This document shows, one piece after another, positions 21,554 through 34,268 of a stretch of 64,000 bases of DNA. Location of the stretch: NCBI GenBank assembly GCA_030704615.1, contig CM060731.1, positions 38,316,001 through 38,380,000 of the forward strand, written 5' to 3'. A program made the position numbers and the translations under genes. Every line of letters begins with the position of its first letter. The first letter of the stretch is position 1. The notes under the pieces are model-generated. The model was not told where the DNA came from, did no database searches, and was given only the letters and a program-made list of their open reading frames with translations. The DNA is from Takakia lepidozioides (lineage: Eukaryota; Plantae; Bryophyta).

Positions 21554-22352
21554 GATGTCTCCCTCCTCCTCACCCAGCTTCCCACAAATCCTTTCCACAA
21601 TACTAGAACATCACTCCCACACCGTCATGAATTCCCCACCCTCCCTGCAATCTCAGTCAGATCAATCGCTACACACTCAACCTCTTCTGCCACAGTGGCC
21701 CGAGACCTTCGCTTCTTCCTCGAACATCCTCTTTCCCTTCTCTCATTTCTTGTTAACAAAGTTTTTGACTGAGGGATTAGATTTGGTTCGTTAGGTAGAG
21801 TAGCTCCAGCTCAACCATTCGATCGCCAAGCAAGGTGTGGAATGAGGTGACAACAAGGAGTGTGCACGAGCTAACGCTGCGCTCGCGAGAACGGTCACTT
21901 TTACGACGGGTAAAAAAAGTTTGATACTCTAGTTGACAAACCGTTGCGGGCGATTCATGGATGACATTCATCCATAATTCATCGCGGGTTGGAAGGTGAC
22001 CCGAGGTGCTGCCCGGCGAGGTGTAGGGTGGGCGCCCTCGCTCGGTCTCATTCTCGTCTCGAGTCCGAGGGAGGGGTGCCAGGCCGATCGACGTCCTTCC
22101 TTTGTGTTTGCTTGTGGGGAAGGAGCGAGGCCATCAGTAATAGTGTCGTCAGGCACTGGCATGCAGTAAAGGCGAGGGAGGGGACGGCTGAACCCTGGTT
22201 TGCGTAGCATTGTTGTGGCAACTTGGTGCCTTCCTGTCAAGCAACAGGCTGCAAATTTGACGCTTATAGGCGCATGCCACAGTGCTGTGGGTTAGGAAGT
22301 CTAGGTTTTTTTCTTCTGATCGAAGGATATATCCACATCTGTGCAAGCGGGG

Positions 22353-25300
22353 ATGATGGAGGATGAACATGAGGTATACGGAGGAGAAATTCCTGAGGAG
22401 GTGGAGGGGGATTTGGAAGGGGACGTGGATGGGCTCCCCGACGATGGAACCTCCAAGGTGGATGACGTCGTTACAGACGATGCAGCTTCTAAGGTAGTTC
22501 GGACTCGGGTGCGATGTACCTTTCATGGAGTGGATGCGGAGAGCTTAGCCGGAAATTTGTCGTGATGGATCTTCTGGCATTGTCCGTGCCAGTTCACAAT
22601 GATAAGAATGGAAGCTCTGTATGCAGAAAGCGAGGCATGACTTTTTAGGGTCTTTTCTAGGTGTTGCAATTCTTGAGTTCGGGCTGTACAGAAGCCTTTG
22701 GAAACAGAGTTTGAGAATAACGTCTGCGTGCATTTGTCTATGCAGTCCAAGGAATATAGATCACGTTAGTAGAGACACAATCCTTAAACCTTTGCCAATC
22801 CTTTGAGAGATTGACGTTCTGTTTGCAATTCTCATATTCGAGTGTGAACAACGAATAGTATGAGCAGCAGTGGTGGTGCACATGAGAAGCTGGTTGTGGC
22901 TTGGAAGCTAACTTCACATGTTTGAAGATTTTGGATGATATTAAGGCTTCGCATTATGCAATTTCTGGGAAGCTAAATGGCGATAGACAAGCCTGTCCAT
23001 CAAGAAAATGATCACGTTTCAGCATACTGCAGGATAACAATGTTGCCCAAGTCCTCATAATTAAGCTAGGGTGCATGTTTTGGTTAGGGGAGGGCTGATG
23101 CTAGGTATGCATGTTGTGAGAAGCCACATTGGTGAATGTTGCTAGAGCTTTTAGCACTACAATTCTTTCACCATATGTCCAATGAAATATTGGAGGAATG
23201 ATTGGTTGGATGTATGTTTTGGAAAGCTGAGAGGTCTTGACATACTATCTGGCAATTCTTGTGCTGGAATGTGCTGGAAGATATCTGTTCAGAGAGAGCC
23301 TTGAACCGTTCCGTGATTGGCGACATTCCAACCACATGGATTGGTGTAGTGTTTTGTTTAAAAATGAGTCTTTGTGGGTGTTTTTAGATAAGGTGGTACC
23401 TGGGAATGTGGTAAAGACTCTGCTTGGATGCTGCTGAAGACGTATTGAGGCTCAATGGTTTCTGAAGTTTCCTGGCATCAATAGATGCGATGCCATGTAA
23501 TGGAGTGCCCATGCAGTCCAAGTGGTAAGGGATAGAGTATGCTACATACTGAAGTTAGGGCACAGAATCATGGACAGCTGCACAAATGTGTATGAGCTTA
23601 CCGGTTTTATAGGATACTAATTCTTATTCTCACTACATGTTTTATGTATGTGGTGGCTTAGGAGTTAGAGGAGATGAAAAAGCGTTTAAAGGAAATGGAA
23701 GAAGAAGCTGCTGCACTTCGTGACATGCAAGCTAAAGTGGAGAAAGAAATGAGTGCTGTTCAAGGTGTGTCCTCACAGCCTGAGCCTTGAGCACTCAATT
23801 TCCTGGAAGTCAGAGTAGTGTATTTTCTAGCATCAAGAATTTGCACCTTTACTTGCTTGTAAGCTTCGACTTTTAAGTCAAACAAAACAGTTGCGTCCTC
23901 ACACTTGTTCGTGGTGTGTCTATCAACAGCTCATGTTAGATTGCCATCATGGTAATATTGCAGATTGGGTCTCTTTATTGATGGCCTGTAAGGCACAGAG
24001 CCACAGTTGGTTGTGGATCCGTGACGGGTACATATGACCCTTCTCTTTCTCTCTCCTTCTGGACGAGAGAATTTGTTGTGAAAGATTGGGTAAGAGTGAA
24101 ATGGGATATGAAGTTGTACCATGGCCATGCAGATCCAGCAAGTGTGGCAGCATTGCAAGCAAATAAAGATGAGGCAGACACACGCTCTGTTTTTGTTGGC
24201 AATGTAAACCCTTCACTTCACAGCTGTAAACCTTTTTTGTTGTAGTTTCCTGGTTAATGGTTGGTATCTAGTTGGGAATGAATTGATGAAGCTTCTTTAA
24301 ATAATCGTGAAACAGTAGCATAAATTTGTTTAAAAGTCTTAAGGTGACCTGTAAATTTACTCGGCTCTTGAATGCTGCTTTCTATTATGAAAGGAATGCA
24401 CTGGAGTTGGTTCTAGTTGCTTGTAATGGTTGTTCCAGATAATTTGTCCCCCTCTATCTGTTATGATCTCTCAGTGACTTTGAAGAGCAGTACTATCGTA
24501 TTTTGCATTAGGACAGCTCAATTTTGAAATTTCCTGAAGAAAACTCCCAGTAGTTGAATCTAGTGGAGAGAATGTAGAAAGCTGGGAAATGTGAGTTTAA
24601 CTAAAATGAGTAGGAATTTCTTTGACAAAATGGGGACTCCACTTTTCAGGTGGATTACTCTTGTACTCCTGAAGAAGTGCAACAGCATTTTCAGTCGTGC
24701 GGAACAGTAAATCGAGTCACAATTCTTACAGACAAGTTCGGACAGCCAAAGGGGTTAGTGCTTAAGACCCCTCATCAAGTCTTCACATCCATTTGACTTC
24801 ATCATCGGTATTTGAAGTGACATGTGTGTAAGGAGGTAAGAGTAACCAACATGTGATAGATTAAGTTGCTGTAGTTATCCATATGTAGAATTTTCAGTGA
24901 TCAACGGATAGCCCATGGTTATACCTCTGTTGCGATAGTGTTGGTGACAGTGGGTTGAAGTGGCAAAGAGTTGTTATCAGCATAGTTGTGTTGAGGTCAA
25001 CCACCATGCTGGGGTGGGGTTAGAAGCTCCTCAAGTTGGGTACCTTGGGATTTTTGACTCTCTGTATGAAGAAATTGCAACCAAACTTTCGTGGGTGCAC
25101 TAAATCCGCCATTGTAACTGAATGGTAACTGTGTTTTGTGGCTATGTCAGTTATGCGTATGTGGAGTTTTTGGAGGTTGAGGCAGTGCAAAATGCGATAT
25201 TGCTAAGTGAATCGGAGTTACACGGTCGCCCACTCAAGGTGTCCATATTCCCGTGCCCATTTCCTGCTGATCTATAGGGTGAACAACTGTGAAGTCCTGT

Positions 25301-26116
25301 GTTTCATGTGGCTGGCCTTACCAAGTGGGTAGACGTCTGCAGCTGCGAGTGTCATGGTAGTTGTGTGGAGTCTGCCTCACCTGGTTGCTTGAACAACTTC
25401 GTATGGATGGATTGGGAGTGCCAGGTTGTGGGTAGTACCCATGCTGCACTTGAACCAGCTGTAAACACGTTTTTTCTGTCAACATCATAGCCAGTTCCTA
25501 TTTGCTGCTGGATTGCTTTTGGGCAGTGGACAGTGACTGGGAATGGTGTTTCCAGGTCGGTTAGCTGACAAGTCTGTCTGTGGAGACTTGGTTGCAGGTG
25601 ACCTTAAAGAGGACCAATGTGCCAGGAATGAAGGCATTTCGAGGCCGCCGATTCAACCCTTATTATGGGTACCGCCCCAGGAGGCCCTATCTGCCTCCCT
25701 ATGGGTATGCCCCCTATGGTTATGGGTGGGTATCCACAACGGATTTCCATTCTGACTCATGTGGTGTGCATATTTCATGGCTGACTTTAATCTTTATTTG
25801 TTTTGTGGTGAGGGTAACTTGATAGTTTTCAACTTGCAACAACGGTCACGTGGGCTGCACACTGTCTAGGTTCTCATGCTGTCGGTTTTTAAGGGTGCCT
25901 GCAAGCATGCATATGTTGCCCTCTTATCTGTCAGGAGAACTGCCTTTTATGGATTAGAGGAAATGTATCCGAGTTATATGCTTTGCTTGCCACATAAACT
26001 TTGAGGTCGAGAAACTCAGATGGAGTGGTCCTGAAATACTGATGCCTGTTGGGTGAATGCATGTCAGGAAGGTGGCGATGTTCAGGAGACCTATGCGCTA
26101 CAGGCCCTACTATTAG
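22353..26116 (+). CDS. PABN: Nuclear poly(A)-binding protein (PABN/PABPN1 family), 227 aa, 7 exons
   Basis: Exons 22353-22493, 23662-23764, 24133-24203, 24650-24753, 25151-25238, 25598-25725, 26068-26116. Contains [10 protein letters not shown], coiled coil [23 protein letters not shown] ([21 protein letters not shown]...PKGYAYVEF), KRTNVPGM and a C-terminal RYRPYY. Confidence 0.95.
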
Positions 26117-27152
26117 GCAACAATTTTTACGGTGGTTGTTGTAGTAGATTCAGCTACTGGAGGTAGCAGTAGCAAAAGCAATAGTCCAGCCAAGTGCAAA
26201 TTGTGATTTGGGACCCACTCTTCAGTTGGACAATTGGTCTGGTATTTCGTATTTGAAGCCGCATCCATCACCCTCCGTTCTGTGTTTACTGTGTTATTAT
26301 GTGTGCTTTTTGGGCAACCCTTGGACGCTGGTAACGTGTGACATGTTGATGTGGTTCCTGGACTGCATGTTGGGAATAGTTACACCTGGGTGTGCCAAAT
26401 GGCAAAGTAGTGTGCCATGGTTCTGTAAGTAAGCACTGGGTAAGCAAGGTCTGAGAAGAGTTGGTCGGGCCTTCGCAATGATGGGGTAGTTGTTAGCAGT
26501 GCACGAAGTTTTTTGTATTTGCCTAGTTTGCTTGAGCCTCTTTTAGACAAATTTTGCAAGGCATGTCTTGTGTGACAGATAGTACCAGTGTTGGGCGCAT
26601 ATCAAGGTCGGGGTTTATGATATACCCTGGCCCGCCAATTGCTTGATATCCTGACCCGGGTATTGAACTGCGTCCTTACCCGAACTCGACCCTATCCTGA
26701 ACCCAAGCCTCTAAGGATACCCTGACCCTACAGGTTTATATCTGTTTTACACCCACAGTAGCCCACCGCACCTCACCTACTGCGTCTTTTTCTATTGGAT
26801 CACACACAAATATGCTAAAAAGATAATTACTTACTCCCTTTTTCTATTGGACGTAGATGTGTGGTACTTGCTGTTTCTCCCTTTGATTTTGGCTGGGCTC
26901 GTCCTCATCCGGATTCCGGGGGTGTGTAATCTAGTACCTTATGGCTTCTGGGGTTTTACTTTTTCAATCTTCAATAAAATTATATGCCAGTGGATTTATT
27001 TTATTTTAGTTATTTAAAAAGAGAGCGGTGCCCGATAGTTAAAAAGGAAAACAACAAAAAAAGAACCGGGGTGAAAGATATTAGGGTCTTTAGGAGGTTT
27101 GGTTTTCAATTCTTGTCAAGTGGTAATGTGTGTACCGCGAGGGTGGGCGAGG

Positions 27153-27698
27153 GTGGGCGTGGTGGACTCAATTGGGTCTTGTGACTTCATATGCACCAGC
27201 GGATGGACATCCCAGCCTTGAATTGCAGAGTGGACCCTCTCCAAAGGACTCTTTCGGGGGCAGTAGCCGTGAGGCGAAGTGGTCTTAGTTACGCCGCTTC
27301 GGCCAGAGTCCTCTATCTCTCTTTTAAAAACGAGAGCCCCCTCCTATGCTTAGCTTTCTTCAACCTCTCTCTCTTGTATATTAAGGTCTTCAATGCACCT
27401 ATGGGGCCCGCCAATACTGCCCTACATGGGTCACCTCATAAGCCTAGTGCCCGTCCAACGAGTCCACTAGAGGGTCCATTGGGCATTCCACTCCATTCTC
27501 GAGAGTTTGTTGGAGGGTCCACTCGCTTTGCTGAGTCCATTGGAGGGTCCATTGGACGGTTAGTCCATTCTCTAGAGAGTCTGCTCGAGGGTCCACCCAC
27601 TCTGCAGAGTCCGCTAGAGGTTTAGTCTCCAAGGCTGGGGCGTCCATCCGCCGGTGCATGTGAGGTCACAAGACACAAGGCGAGTCCACCACGCCCAC
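27153..27698. mobile_element. MITE / fold-back element with ~65-bp terminal inverted repeats
   Basis: gtgggcgtggtggactc...gtcttgtgacttcatatgcaccagcggatggacatcccagccttg is the reverse complement of caaggctggggcgtccatccgccggtgcatgtgaggtcacaagac...gagtccaccacgcccac. Internal repeats of gagggtcca. Confidence 0.8.
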
Positions 27699-27854
27699 GT
27701 AGAAGAATAAGGAAGAAAGAACAAGTTGCAAAATGATTCATTATCAATAAACATGACACCCAATAAAAATTGAACACCAAACCTCATACATCTTATTTGT
27801 TGCTCTTAACCATCACACTACCCTGTGCTTTCCAAAAACCAATGAAATGCATTA

Positions 27855-27940
27855 TAGGGCCCACCCCCGAAAGGGGGCAGTAGCCGTGAGGCGAATTGGC
27901 TCTTAGTTACGCCGGCTTGGGCCGGAGTCTTTTCTCTCTC
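27855..27940. mobile_element. 86-bp structured insertion flanked by a 10-bp direct repeat; second copy of the core at ~27256-27320
   Basis: aaatgcatta at 27845-27854 and 27941-27950. The core gggggcagtagccgtgaggcgaa..gg.tcttagttacgccg..gagtc is shared with the copy inside the MITE. Confidence 0.65.
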
Positions 27941-28558
27941 AAATGCATTACTAGGCTGGTCATGGGCCCTCATATCGGAGTGGACCGGTGTGCGGTCTAA
28001 TGAATCTAGCTCCCGCACACCGAGGAGCCAACACCTTGAGGCGGTTGCACTACACGTGGGCCCCGCCACAAGCACCCGCCTCTGTTACTCAGAAGCACAA
28101 CGGGAATACCACCAGGAAACATTTGTTCTTAAAAGTGTTGAAAACATGAATTTGTGCCATTTTCTATTGGACTGTTTTAAAGTTTTATTGTTTTTGTTTT
28201 TATTTTAATTTTTAATTTTTATGGAAACTTGGGAGCGACCCGCTCACAACCTATCCAGGCCCTTAAGGAGGGGGAAAAATTAACCCCCTTACAGATTTGT
28301 TTTTCCTTATTATTGTGTTGTGCCATTATTTATTTAATAAGCCCACCCCCACCCTTAATTTACCTTGGGCCCGGAGGGAATGTTAGATGAATACCCGGAC
28401 ATACCCTGACCCAGCTCATTATTCAAATCTTATCTTGATTCGACCCGGATTGTATGTGCACACAAATTTGAAATCCGGACCCTTCGGCCCGTTTTTTTAT
28501 TGAAGGGTAACTCGGACCCCAGGGCATATTGAAATCAATATACCCGCTCAATGGTGGC

Positions 28559-29900
28559 CAGTGTTGTGCGGGTAAATAAATTTTTGCTTACCCTCCGGGT
28601 AAGGGTATATAGAAACCATTCTCCAGATAAGGGTGAATTATTTATATGTCCATTTATTTATCCTACGCGTAAAGGGTGAAGGCCAATATTTTCGACCGGG
28701 TAAGGATAAATGCAGGTAAGGATAAATGATTTACCTTTCTATACCCGCCAAGTAAATTTGAAAGGATATAGTGAATATACTTTTTGGTTTGTTATCAAAA
28801 AAATAAAAAAATAAATAATGCAATTAAATTTTTGGTTTATTTTTTGGTGTAGTATGAGGCTGAATGTATCATAGTTCTGAATAATATGACGGATGATCAT
28901 GAGCCTGTTTCTCTTCACACCATAGGTAATAATCAAACAAAGACAATCAGTATGTAGCCCAGTTGTAATGGGCACATACTGTGTTGGATGTCGTTCTGGG
29001 TTCAAACCACGGTCTGGTGTGTCATGAAGGTGTACACCTTTCAGCTGGAAGTCACTAGCCCTTGTGGTGAAGTGACACCATAAGTTAAGCTCCCTTTGGG
29101 AGGCGTCATACTTTTTTTACTTTAATCAAACAAAGCCAAATAAGACCATGTATGAGTGCCTCCCATGAAACTAGGGTAGATTATAGTGCCTATGACCGAT
29201 CACCTCATAATTGCTGGGCCCAAGTCTGCTCATTTTTGCCACTTGGCAAACTGTTGTTTGATAGAACCCCAAAAAAATGTGATTGGTCATAGGGCTCAAG
29301 GTTCACACAAGCATTCAGACTTTGAAACCCCACAACTTTGTGTGGACTTCATGAAATCACGGACTTCCAAGTGTGTTGGGATGCCCAGGATGTGGGGCAT
29401 CTTATCAATTTTAACTGGGTAGAAACGACAAAAATTCACCATTAGATCTTCCGCCATTACCATAGTGCCTCCGAGATCCATGTTGAGTTGATAGCAATGA
29501 AAACTTGCCCATGCATTATAAGCAAAGTGACTCTTACAAACCCAAAGCTTTTCATAGAGATGAAGCCCTTTTATGGTACGTAGGACAATGGTAACCCCAC
29601 TTATATGGTGCATGATAATGGTACGCCCTTGGAGATGGTGATAGAGGGAGGATCCTAAGTGGACGAAGAGATTTTTATTTATCTTTTTGCTATCTACCCT
29701 CCAAAAATTTATATTTAGCTGTCAATAGAGGGTCTATTATACTTGTACCCTTCATACGAGTAAGGGTAAGGGTATCTCAGATAATTTACCCGTCTTAAGG
29801 ATACTTGTAAATGAAATGGGTCACTCTGGGTAAATCATTTACCCTAACCCGGATTTACCCACCAAGTAAAACTAGGTAAATGATTTACCTACACAACCTG
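28559..29900. mobile_element. Degenerate non-autonomous hAT-like element
   Basis: cagtgttgtgcgggtaaat at 28559 vs atttacctacacaacctg ending at 29900 (inverted). Multiple gggtaa/ttaccc subterminal motifs at both ends. No TSD. Confidence 0.45.
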
Positions 29901-30636
29901 GTCGATACTCAATACCTACAACTCCCCTTCCACTGTCGTAAAAAGCCTCCAATTACTTGGCTTTTGGATTGCATCACTTTGATATATATAATGTGGATGG
30001 AGAAGACGGAGGTTTTCCAACTGCAGCCACTCCCTCCACCCATTATCAAGCTTTTTTTTCACTTACCCCAAGAGGTAAGTTGAGAGTGTCACTGACCCAT
30101 ACGTGTCCAAAATATTTCTACATGCATGCACGTTCGTCTCTCTCCACTGCATTGACACAAGCCCACCAGCCTCCTAAATACTGGACTTTTACGGTCTGCC
30201 TGAGAAATCAAGCAGCACAAGAACAGTCTGATGTAACACCGAGTTCCCACCTTATTCACTCATATCTTCTCTTTCAAGCGGAGGTACCGAATTGCAGTAA
30301 AGGAGACCGTGGAAAAATCACCATGGATGTTAGCAATGAGGCATATATCATCCGGATATTTATCCTTCTCATCCTCTACATTTCAACATGATCTTCATAC
30401 CTTCTTTTATGCATTCTCCGTGTTCAAATACACTATGTTCGACTGCAATTCGACCCGTGAGACTCTGACTGTATCTCCACAGAAGAATCAGGCCTCATAA
30501 GCTTGAGTTCACAATTCAATACCAACTACCTCATTGGCAGACAGTTGCTCTACACAACTGACTCTGGCTCAAAAAGCTCTCATTCCATATGTCAAAGAAA
30601 GAATCAAGAATTGATAGTTTGCCTCGGGTACAGTAA

Positions 30637-30899
30637 AGTGTTGGACTGGTATACCTGGTTGAACCTAGGTATGAAGTATAGGTATGAAAATATATATTGA
30701 AGAACATACCAGTCGGGTATGAAGTGTACCCATGTGATACACGTACTGGGGGAGTATGTCTTTAGGATTTCCCCCCACACATACATACCAGTCTGGGTAT
30801 ACGGAGCCCAATACCAATATTGTGGTGAGTTCATGGCGAATGGAGAGGAGTATATGTTCGTGCAGCTAGTTATAACCAGTACATACCACTCCAACACTG
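30637..30899. mobile_element. Small hAT-like MITE
   Basis: Inverted ends agtgttggactggtat / ataccactccaacact; interior rich in ggtat/atacc motifs. Confidence 0.5.
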
Positions 30900-31321
30900 G
30901 ACTAGACCATGGCTGCCACCTTTCACTACACCACACGCACACTAGTACACAGAACGAGGTATGTATTTATGATCACCCATGTATACCATGGAATTGTAGT
31001 CTTTCCTGATTGCAGTCTCGTGATAGACGGTAGGCTGGCATATAATAAGCCTAGCTTCACTCCCAAGCAAACTCCAATCCTCCATTTCATTTCGCCTCGT
31101 TATTCAAAATTTGAAATCTAGGGGACAGCAGATCCCGCAACTTTTCCTGGAACTTCTTAATATCCTACCACCTCAAACTCGAGTTATACACATATATGTA
31201 CACTGTAAGCTGTCTTTGGAACATTGATAGATCAACTATGCATGACCTCGAAGATTGACATGCTACTTTGCAGTTCCTATCGCCCAAAGCATTGTTGTCA
31301 TTCAAACCACCTGCTTGCTGC

Positions 31322-32159
31322 TCAAACCGAAGCTTCGTCTTTTGGATCTTTCTGAACCTGGCCTGCTGAAGTCTCTTGCGACGCTCCACCAGACCCGGGA
31401 CCGATTTCAATCCTGCGTGGTTCTGGTTTCTTGGGGTGTTCTTTGGGCACTCTGATGGTCAAAACACCATCCTCATACTCAGCTCTGATATGGTCCAAGT
31501 CGGCGCCGTGTTTCGGCAGCTTCAACTTTCGCATGAAACGCCCTCGCGCACGCTCCACTCGGTGCCATGTCTCACCGTCTTTCGCTTCCTCTTTGGGACG
31601 CTCGCCACTGATTTTGAGCGTGCGGGGAGGCTCTACCTCGATTGTCACATCCTCTCTTTTCACGCCTGGATGCACACACAGGCACGCTCACAGAAATATC
31701 AGACAGACTAACAATCGCATCCCTCCATTGCCTCATAATGGTCTCAACAAAATTCAAGGAATCACTTTCAAGAAGAAACACACTTGATGATGTCAAAACG
31801 CAAATCCTGGGCCTGTATTGATCAGAGGTCTGGACTTGTACAAGTTTGCCCCAATTCTGGAAGACAGTGACGAAAGGTGAAGATCAAAGACGATGGAACA
31901 CATTATTCAATGAATTCTAGGAGGGACAGCATATACCAGGCAGGTCAACCTTGAAGATGTGCTCTGAAGGAGTCTCGACCCAGTCGACATTGGTATTGAC
32001 TATGGCGCGACGATCCCGTGCATGCCTCCGTCGGGGAGTGTCCACGACACCCAACTCTCGAAGATCGTCCTGATCCAAGAGAGAAAACACAGTCTCCATC
32101 GGATCCATATCCCACTGGATGTCCGACCCTTTCCTTCCCCTCCACTGTTCAAATGCCAT
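31322..32159 (-). CDS. Small heat-shock protein (HSP20/alpha-crystallin domain, cytosolic class-I-like), 188 aa, 2 exons
   Basis: Exons 31937-32159 and 31322-31665 (phase 1). Motifs [53 protein letters not shown]. Confidence 0.93.
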
Positions 32160-32668
32160 CCTTAGATACTAGCTCACTAGGAGAGATCAGGCAGCTTCCA
32201 AATCAAAGTGACTACTAGCAGCTCACTGAGGAATTCAACCCAACAGCAGATGAAGATGCAGCAGCTACACAGCCAGTTATTCACGACCCAAATTCTTAAG
32301 AGGACGAGTGAGAGAGAGGAAGGAAGAACGAAGCATCTGGAAGAGAGAGGACAGGAATATGTGTCAGTCGCTGCGCGTACCAGCGCTTCCAAGGCATGCA
32401 AGCTGAGCACTCTCAGTTGGACACAGTCAGCCTGCTTCCCATGCTGGCCTTCAAGGATCCATCGTCTGCCTTTCATGCATCCACGGATCCAGCCTCTCAA
32501 AATTTTCGCAAGCTATGATTATACGATTATACACTTTGCTCGGTTCTATAATCACACTTTGCGTTAAACACGTTAAGTTAGTGCTAATCTTGGGTTATGA
32601 GTGGCTGGCTGTTGTTTCTGCTGTTTGGGTACAGAGCAGCGGAGGGGGAGAGGAGGGTGAGTGGAGCA

Positions 32669-32902
32669 ATGAAGGTGCGAGCAGCGGTGCGGCGGCTGTG
32701 CGAGTACTGCAAGGTGGTGAAGCGGCGCAACCGTGTGTTCATACTCTGCTCCGTCAATCCAAAGCACAAGCAGCGCCAAGGCTTCTGCGATTTCGCTTAC
32801 GACTCGCCTCTGCCTCCCATGTTCTCTCTCCATCTCTCTTCCACTCCCTGGTGGAACTTCTTTATGTTGTGTGTTGATGGGCTCGCGTCCTTGCTTGTTT
32901 AG
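32669..32902 (+). CDS. RPL36: Nucleus-encoded organellar (probably mitochondrial) ribosomal protein bL36
   Basis: [38 protein letters not shown] is the bL36 zinc ribbon, followed by a C-terminal extension ending GLASLLV as in plant mitoribosomal bL36. The exact C-terminus could differ if ~32821-32902 is an intron. Confidence 0.88.
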   Translation: MKVRAAVRRLCEYCKVVKRRNRVFILCSVNPKHKQRQGFCDFAYDSPLPPMFSLHLSSTPWWNFFMLCVDGLASLLV

Positions 32903-34268
32903 GTCGAGGTTTCCTTAGATGTTCTGGTCTGGACATCTACGCCCCCAGTGCATTGTGGGAGCTTTAGGTCTTCTTCGTTTCATAGATCCTGCGCCCATAC
33001 CCAGATTGGACCGAGAAGAAGGTGGAGGAAGAGAGACAAAGATGTGCTGATTGGGGACATAGCTGTGGGAACCGTGCAGTGCTGGTTCATACCTAACGAC
33101 ATTCCTTGACAGACATCTGGTGTGGAATCATTCTATAAACAAAATGCTGAACCCCAGCATTCCTGCTCTAGCCTCGGATTCAGCCAACATACAAGCTCTT
33201 GGTAGGAAGGGGATGTTGATGTAGCTTTGCGGTTGGGCATGGGGAGACAGGCCCTTGGAGAGCAGCAGCGAAGAGCCAAAGACAGCAAGGAGTAGTGAAG
33301 TACCGAAGACATCAGGTGCGGGTGAAGGCGTTGGGCTGGCCTCCCTCCTGTCCAAGGATTAGTTGTAGCGAGCTTCTCTGGAGTTCAACAAGAAAGGCAC
33401 TTGTTGCTTTCTCAAAGACGCAAAATGGAAGCCAAGATGCAGGGAAGTGTCTATTGCGATTCAGGCTCTGAGATCAGCAGCATTCTCAATTGTACTTATG
33501 ATGCAAGTGATCAAACCATGAACTAGAGTCTTTTGATGAAATACCATTGCAAATTGAGTGTACCTTTGGCTTTGCTGCAAGGGTGTGGCTTGCCAGCCAC
33601 TGTGAGCCACTGTACACCTGCGTTGGAACACCTCTGCCAAATGGAATCATGGCAGGATTCATCTACAACCTGACCTTGTAGATGGTGGAGTGATTCTTGT
33701 CACCCATATTATGCAGCTTCTTGGTTAGAGCGCACTTCTGGCTTTTTATCGTCTCTTGCACTAATTACCATACGGTATCTTGATAGTCTGATGCTACATG
33801 GTAGCAGGATCCCTTCACTGCCTGAACTTGGTAGGAACATACCTCTTCAACAGCATTGCAAAGGGAGTCAGGAAAGTTTGGCATGTTCACATCAGAGAGG
33901 TTAATCACAGAGCAGGATTGCATGACATAGTTGTCTCAACAATTCTGTCTTATTCTTTAGTACAAATGGATGTCTGATAGAAAAGGTACTCTGACCTTGA
34001 CATATTCCATTTTTTTTCTGATGTTGACAATGAATATTAACTATATCTTCCAAGACAAGATACCTTCTTCGAAGCAGTCCACTGACCTAGCTCAATAAGG
34101 TGGATACAAAGAGTTTTGTGGTTGGTACCCCCTTTTCTCAAAGAATTGACACCTGCTTACAGGATGCCCTTACTAATGTGCCTACCCATGGTCAAGTAAA
34201 CCTGGAGAATGATAAATGTATACCCAACTGTGGTGGGCCTCTGCCAAATACGGAGAGTGTGTGCAGAA

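Larger units (their letters stand above)
26586..28556. mobile_element. Degenerate non-autonomous hAT-like element (contains nested insertions)
   Basis: Starts cagtgttgggcgcatat; ends atatacccgctcaatggtg (weak inverted match). Subterminal regions are rich in taccc/gaccc motifs. No TSD found. Confidence 0.35.

Noticed and set aside
27855-27940. Canonical hammerhead, twister or HDV ribozyme
   Set aside because: The three-way junction resembles a hammerhead but lacks CUGAnGA and GAAA; the pseudoknots required for HDV or twister were not found.
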